This document shows positions 27,505 through 32,000 of a stretch of DNA of 32,000 nucleotides, one piece after another (positions within the stretch are counted from its first letter, which is position 1; each line of letters opens with the position of its first letter). A model generated the notes under the pieces. The model did not search any database. It was not told the origin of the DNA and saw only the letters and a list, made by a program, of their open reading frames with translations. The translations under genes and the position numbers were made by a program. Source of the DNA: Candidatus Lokiarchaeum ossiferum (GTDB taxonomy: Archaea > Asgardarchaeota > Lokiarchaeia > Sigyniarchaeales > Promethearchaeaceae); contig CP104013.1 in the NCBI GenBank assembly GCA_025839675.1, forward strand, positions 2,670,001 to 2,702,000, given 5' to 3'.

Positions 27505-28566
27505 CTAAACATCAATCCCATATTCTCGTTTTGCACATTCAGGACAAACACTATGAGTAAATTCCGCTTCAGAATGAGCACGTATATAATCTTCGATCTG
27601 ATTCCAATAACCCTGATCTGAACGAATTTTTTTGCAAAAACTACAAATTGGAAACATGCCTCTTAAAATGGAAACATTTTCCTCAGCTTCTTTTCTTTTA
27701 GTCACATCTCGGATACTTCCTCGATAGCCAAGAAATAGTCCTTCTTTATTATTGATACTAGTGCATAATATTTGGAGCCAATGAATTTCTCCCGATGGAT
27801 GTTTAGTTCGAATTTCTATGGGAAGTCCTGCATCGATTTGCAGTAAAAAAACTTTCCAATTTGAAAGATCATTTGGATGAATGATTCTTGTCATAAGATC
27901 ATAAAAATTAGAGACATTTTTTGAAAAATACCCACTAATTTTTTTACAAGATGGAGAATTATATTTAAACTTTCCATCTTTATCAAACCAAACTTCCCAA
28001 TCACTACTATGGTCAGCGACTATTTGAAAACGCTCTTGTTCTTTCCGAATTTGGGTGTTTAAATCAATGTTATTAAAAACATGACCCCAATATTTAGAGA
28101 GGAGCACTATCAGCTGTAAATATCGCTCATGAAATTCCGATTGATTAAAATTGGAAAACATAAGATACCCAACTAACTTATGATTAGATAGAACAGGGAG
28201 TATCAGATTAGTGTTAGAATCTATCCAAATATAAGTCTGATTTAACTCGGGGAGATCTTGTGGGAGAATTGAAACTTTTTTTGAAATGTTGTACATTTCT
28301 AAAGTGTATTCAATGATCTTATTTGCTTCATCTGTATCATTTCTGATATCAAAAAAATGGATTTTTTCGGGAGAAAAGAGAATATTAAAAAATTCAAGAC
28401 TTTTCTGAATCATTTTTTCCCTATCAGAAAAACTAAAGATTCTATTCATGAAATCCAAAATCAATCCAGTATCTGCATTTTTCCGATTTTCATTATCATT
28501 GGATTCAGCAATCTTAGAAATATTTGAATTATGTGAATGTTCCGTTGAGTGCACCTTCTTAATCAT
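27505..28566 (-). CDS. Cytoplasmic GAF-like + PAS sensor protein with a C-terminal four-Cys (CxxC...CPxC) module
   Basis: PAS-like core RFQIVADHSSDWEVWFDKDGKFKYNSPSCKKISGY...IHWLQILCTSINNKEGLFLGYRGSIRDVTKRKEAEE. Upstream GAF-like segment (LPVLSNHKLVGYLMFSN). Tail FPICSFCKKIRSDQGYWNQIEDYIRAHSEAEFTHSVCPECAKREY. The track start (28584) is a TTG; the ATG at 28566 overlaps the upstream stop by 8 nt. Confidence 0.75.
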   Translation of the reverse strand: MIKKVHSTEHSHNSNISKIAESNDNENRKNADTGLILDFMNRIFSFSDREKMIQKSLEFFNILFSPEKIHFFDIRNDTDEANKIIEYTLEMYNISKKVSILPQDLPELNQTYIWIDSNTNLILPVLSNHKLVGYLMFSNFNQSEFHERYLQLIVLLSKYWGHVFNNIDLNTQIRKEQERFQIVADHSSDWEVWFDKDGKFKYNSPSCKKISGYFSKNVSNFYDLMTRIIHPNDLSNWKVFLLQIDAGLPIEIRTKHPSGEIHWLQILCTSINNKEGLFLGYRGSIRDVTKRKEAEENVSILRGMFPICSFCKKIRSDQGYWNQIEDYIRAHSEAEFTHSVCPECAKREYGIDV

Positions 28567-29593
28567 ACCGCCCGTAAAGATCAATGGCTTTGGATATTCC
28601 TTCCATCACAACATTCGGTACAGCATAGGGTATTTCACCATGGTTATCAGCAATAATTGTTCTCCCATAAGGTTTTACTATATTGATCAGATTTTTGACA
28701 TGATCCATGGCATCTTCCTTGGTCCAATTGACCATATTGATTCCACTTAAATTCCCCAAAATCGAAGGTCCATTGGGATATTTTTGAATTAATTCTTTAA
28801 CATCATCTTGAGTGCTTACCCCTATTACTATTGGATTTAAACTGGAAACATCATTAAAAGTATTAGTTGTTCTTCCAGAAGCATAATGAATCGCAAACGG
28901 ACCATCAAACCCAGCAAAAGTCTCTTTGGCAACATCATACCCAAGTTTAAGATACATTTCTCGTGGAATCATATCAGTTGAGGACATGGGATCAAAGTAG
29001 ACAATAAAAGTTGCTCCAGCGGCAAGTTGAGCGTTAGCCCATTTTTTACAATATTCAATATTGATATGCATCAAGGTTTGAAATTCATCAGGTGAATTAT
29101 AGAGAAGTTCAATGTATTTATCAAACCCCATTTGAGTAATTGGGATAGAAAAAGGGGATAACACACCACCAATAATTGGCATTGTATCAGAATATTCGGA
29201 TTTAAGCCCTTTGATAACCTGCAATGTATTTTGATAACTTTCTATATGTTCAAAAGATGGAATTTCTAATGAATTAATCAATTCTTTATCAGCAAGGGGA
29301 GGGAGTCCGGTATTTGGAGGCCCATCAGCAAAATATATTACATCTCCTCCAAAGGCCTCGATTTCAAAAGCAAAATAATTAGCACCCATTACCGCATCAT
29401 GCTGATACTTGTTTTGTAGAATTTTTTGACCTTTAATAACATTAACAGGATTTGCGTAGTAATCCTTTATACTTAAGTTAAGTTCTTTGGCCCCATGATG
29501 TGTTAAAGTCAGAATAAAGGGAATGCGATCCACTTTCTTGTGAGATAATGTATTCAATATTCGTTCCATAGAATTAAGGGTATCTTTTTTCAT
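28559..29593 (-). CDS. Uroporphyrinogen-decarboxylase-fold methyltransferase (MtaA/MtbA/CmuA-like, corrinoid-dependent MT2 type)
   Basis: N-terminus MKKDTLNSMERILNTLSHKKVDRIPF... and an overall URO-D-like layout. ATG at 29593 is preceded by GGAGG (7-nt spacer) and overlaps the corrinoid-protein stop as ATGA. Confidence 0.75.
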   Translation of the reverse strand: MKKDTLNSMERILNTLSHKKVDRIPFILTLTHHGAKELNLSIKDYYANPVNVIKGQKILQNKYQHDAVMGANYFAFEIEAFGGDVIYFADGPPNTGLPPLADKELINSLEIPSFEHIESYQNTLQVIKGLKSEYSDTMPIIGGVLSPFSIPITQMGFDKYIELLYNSPDEFQTLMHINIEYCKKWANAQLAAGATFIVYFDPMSSTDMIPREMYLKLGYDVAKETFAGFDGPFAIHYASGRTTNTFNDVSSLNPIVIGVSTQDDVKELIQKYPNGPSILGNLSGINMVNWTKEDAMDHVKNLINIVKPYGRTIIADNHGEIPYAVPNVVMEGISKAIDLYGRYD

Positions 29594-30231
29594 TGTTGTT
29601 CCTCCAAAAATTTCTCTACAATCGGAATAGATTTGCTTGCAGTTGATGCTGTTGCATTTGCACCGACTTTTAACCATAACTTTGGATCTATATTAAAGGG
29701 GGCACCTCCAACAATAACACGAGTTTTTAGTTGTAAATCCTTAAGTTTTTTAATTAGTAACTCAATTTTCAAAGCAGAGTGAAGCATTAAGGTAGAAATC
29801 ATTAGAATTTCACATCGATCTCTTTGGACATATTGTACAAGATTTTCTACAGAAACACCGATTCCATAATCAATAACGTTATACCCAGATAACTTCAAAA
29901 TCGATATGAGCATCTTTGCACCCAAAAAATGATAATCTTCCAACACCACTACATATATAGGCCCTTTTTTAGTTTGGTTTGTGAAATTATTAGGCAAAAA
30001 TTCATCTAATATATCATTACACAACATTCCAGCCATATAGACTTGAGAAAGAGCGACATCCCCCGTTTCCCACAGATCTCCAATCCTTTTTTGACTTTCA
30101 ATTAAAATTCGCTCATTTCCAGAAAATTCAGATGAATTTGGGGACAGGGAAGCTTTAAAAATATTTTTTACTAAATCAATATCCAAATTAATAAGAGCTT
30201 GTGTAAGATCTGAAATCACCTGTTCTTGCAT
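29590..30231 (-). CDS. Corrinoid (cobalamin-binding) protein, MtaC/MtbC-like
   Basis: B12-binding DxHxxG motif (EDYHFLGAKM) with downstream MISTLML (SxL) and VIVGGAPF (GG). N-terminal helical cap domain (RIGDLWETGDVALSQVYMAG). Confidence 0.85.
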   Translation of the reverse strand: MQEQVISDLTQALINLDIDLVKNIFKASLSPNSSEFSGNERILIESQKRIGDLWETGDVALSQVYMAGMLCNDILDEFLPNNFTNQTKKGPIYVVVLEDYHFLGAKMLISILKLSGYNVIDYGIGVSVENLVQYVQRDRCEILMISTLMLHSALKIELLIKKLKDLQLKTRVIVGGAPFNIDPKLWLKVGANATASTASKSIPIVEKFLEEQQ

Positions 30232-30316
30232 AGGGAAACTAGTTGGTTCGAACCTAAATTACTTACTTGGTTTCCTAAAAATTTTTTAACGGGAATTTAT
30301 TACCAGAATATCCAAG

Positions 30317-30712
30317 ATGAATTTAATTGAAAAGAAAAGTATTAGCGCGATTACATTCTATTGCTTAAGCATTATTTGCTTTGGTCTTACGGTGTTTTTT
30401 AATTTGTTTGAGAACCAAAACACCCCATCAATGTTCAAAAAGTATCAATCCACTCTAATTTTAGCAAATATTCTTGGTATTATTGGATATTGTGATGTTA
30501 CATCAAAGAAAACAGAAAAAGAGCCGCAAATATTATTTGTTCTGTTCTGTTTCGTATTGTGTGGAAGCTCATTCATCTATGTTCTTAATATTAATCTAAT
30601 TGTCAAATCTATTTCGATTTCAGCAATGATATATTTTGGTATTCAAACATTGCTTTACGGTGCCACTTTACTTAAAGTGAGGAAAAAAAACCATCAATTC
30701 TCTAATAAATAG
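30317..30712 (+). CDS. Small hypothetical membrane protein (about 4 TM)
   Basis: 131-aa ORF with an ATG start, four hydrophobic segments and a basic C-terminal tail. No motif recognised. Confidence 0.5.
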   Translation: MNLIEKKSISAITFYCLSIICFGLTVFFNLFENQNTPSMFKKYQSTLILANILGIIGYCDVTSKKTEKEPQILFVLFCFVLCGSSFIYVLNINLIVKSISISAMIYFGIQTLLYGATLLKVRKKNHQFSNK

Positions 30713-30780
30713 CTTAATAAAGATAAACAAACAAATTCAAAAAATAAGCTTTCTTTAGCAAGGTAGGAAGGTATTACAAA

Positions 30781-31353
30781 ATGAGCTTAGATCACGAAGT
30801 AAAGGAAGGAGAATATTATTTTACTTACACTCAAATGCATCGACTTGTACAAAAATTGGCCGAAGAGATTAAGAAGGACGGATTTAACCCCGATTTTATG
30901 ATCGCAATTGGTACAGGCGGCTTTATTCCAGCCCGGATGCTTAAAATCTACATAAATAAGAAAGTTCTGACAGTCGGACTTTCCTACTATGATGATGATA
31001 ATAATCCGATGGAACATCTACAAAAAATCCAATGGTTAGAAAATGATCAAGAAAAGCTACGAGGAAAAAAAGTTCTCTTAGTGGATGAAGTAAATGACTC
31101 CGGTTCTACCCTTGAATATACCTTAAAGGAATTATTGGCATGCGATCCAGAAGAAATTGCAGTTGTTGTGTTGCATGATAAGGAAAAAGAGAAGAAAGGT
31201 CATATTCCTCCAGAAATCAAGAAATATTATGTTGGAGAAAAAACGGGTCCAGGCTGGATCCATTACCCATGGGAAGCAGAGGATATCGACTATCAAAACT
31301 ATATGGCCGCTAAATTTGTGCGAAAAGCAGGGCGTTACATTTTTGAACATTAA
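30781..31353 (+). CDS. Purine-type phosphoribosyltransferase (HPRT/XGPRT-like)
   Basis: PRPP-binding motif KKVLLVDEVNDSGSTLEY, plus IAIGTGGFIPARML near the N-terminus. Confidence 0.8.
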   Translation: MSLDHEVKEGEYYFTYTQMHRLVQKLAEEIKKDGFNPDFMIAIGTGGFIPARMLKIYINKKVLTVGLSYYDDDNNPMEHLQKIQWLENDQEKLRGKKVLLVDEVNDSGSTLEYTLKELLACDPEEIAVVVLHDKEKEKKGHIPPEIKKYYVGEKTGPGWIHYPWEAEDIDYQNYMAAKFVRKAGRYIFEH

Positions 31354-31385
31354 TTTTTTTTTCAATTTATTTTAGATGGTTGAGG

Positions 31386-32000
31386 ATGACAAATACAAAT
31401 CTTGAATATATACAGATAAATTCAAATTTATCTATGTGGATCAATCATTTTTCAGATGAAATCCAAAATTACTATCCAATTTCATCCTCTGAAACATCCT
31501 ACGGAGAAATACCCGATATTATTCCACCATTTAAACAAATTCAAGATCAATTATGGTCAAAATATCACGTCCATTACCAAATTTTTAATCCCACCATGAT
31601 ATTAAACCTTGAACAAATTAGATGGGCATTATATCATAGTAATAAAACATTTTCAACCAATGCCAATATCTCAAACAATGAAGGTGTAGAATTTTTGTTA
31701 TATCTCGCCCAAGAGCGCCAAATAAAGTTAGCTTTTGAAAAGGTTGGAGTCAGTGCACCAGCAAAATTTACCGATATAATTTCTCTGGGAGAACTATTAT
31801 TTGGGGATCCAATTCAACTCCCCAAAGCAGTAGAAATGTTGCAAAATATTCACAAAAAAACAAAATTTAGTGGAATTCCTTATATTCCAGAAACAAAATG
31901 GGGGTTGTTTGTGCAACATTACGATATTCCTGTAAACCAAATCTTAACAACGTTGAAATCCTATAATTGCACAAATGAGATTTTGCATGCAAATGATTTA
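31386..32000 (+). CDS. Cgi121/TPRKB-like protein (possible KEOPS subunit); 3' end cut by the window edge
   Basis: Absent from the track because it is open-ended. My translation from ATG at 31386 is open for 205 codons to 32000. VEFLLYLAQERQIKLAFEKVGVS resembles the Cgi121 core (archaeal ...ILVRASGQRQIHEAIKIIGAK; human TPRKB ...ISEALKKFGIS). IFNPTMILNLEQIRWAL resembles TPRKB LINPTVIVDPFQILVAA. Both comparisons are from memory. Confidence 0.4.
   Translation, partial: MTNTNLEYIQINSNLSMWINHFSDEIQNYYPISSSETSYGEIPDIIPPFKQIQDQLWSKYHVHYQIFNPTMILNLEQIRWALYHSNKTFSTNANISNNEGVEFLLYLAQERQIKLAFEKVGVSAPAKFTDIISLGELLFGDPIQLPKAVEMLQNIHKKTKFSGIPYIPETKWGLFVQHYDIPVNQILTTLKSYNCTNEILHANDL

Noticed and set aside
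1-32000. Scan for tRNA/rRNA, CRISPR arrays, transposases/integrases, inteins and prophage-like genes
   Set aside because: There are no GC-rich structured islands in the intergenic gaps and no spaced direct-repeat arrays. There are no recombinase or transposase motifs and no intein-like insertions in conserved genes. By-eye search only, so tRNAscan, Infernal and a CRISPR finder would be needed to confirm.

Overview
Visibly AT-rich, gene-dense chromosomal window (about 31 protein genes) that looks archaeal. Evidence for that: a nop5-fibrillarin operon, Elp3, prefoldin beta, RNase HII, a conserved archaeal HTH regulator, a Cgi121/TPRKB-like gene, and GGAGG Shine-Dalgarno-like (SD) sites before internal operon genes. 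Several eukaryote-flavoured details suggest an Asgard-type lineage, but this is inference only. Housekeeping content: pyrD-pyrK, an MFS transporter, M1 and M20 peptidases, a GATase, a DHH/DHHA1 phosphoesterase and a purine-type phosphoribosyltransferase. I saw no rRNA, tRNA, CRISPR array, transposase or integrase. The most unusual region is 22.7-30.2 kb. Two otherwise unrelated sensor-type proteins (a 7-TM membrane protein and a GAF-PAS protein) end in the same ~45-aa PICSxCKxIR...W..IE...SE..F(S/T)H..CPxC module. They bracket a vWA protein, an ECF transporter A1A2-T module with no S component, and a corrinoid-protein/MtaA-like methyltransferase operon. Other points of interest: a Nop5 C-terminal tail made of seven near-identical 24-nt repeats ([S/G]Y[S/N]KGGKG), PGF-CTERM-like sorting tails on two surface proteins, an uncharacterised 376-aa protein upstream of a GT4-HAD-regulator cluster, and a SAM methyltransferase just upstream of Elp3. 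All family calls rest on motifs read by eye; no database search was run.
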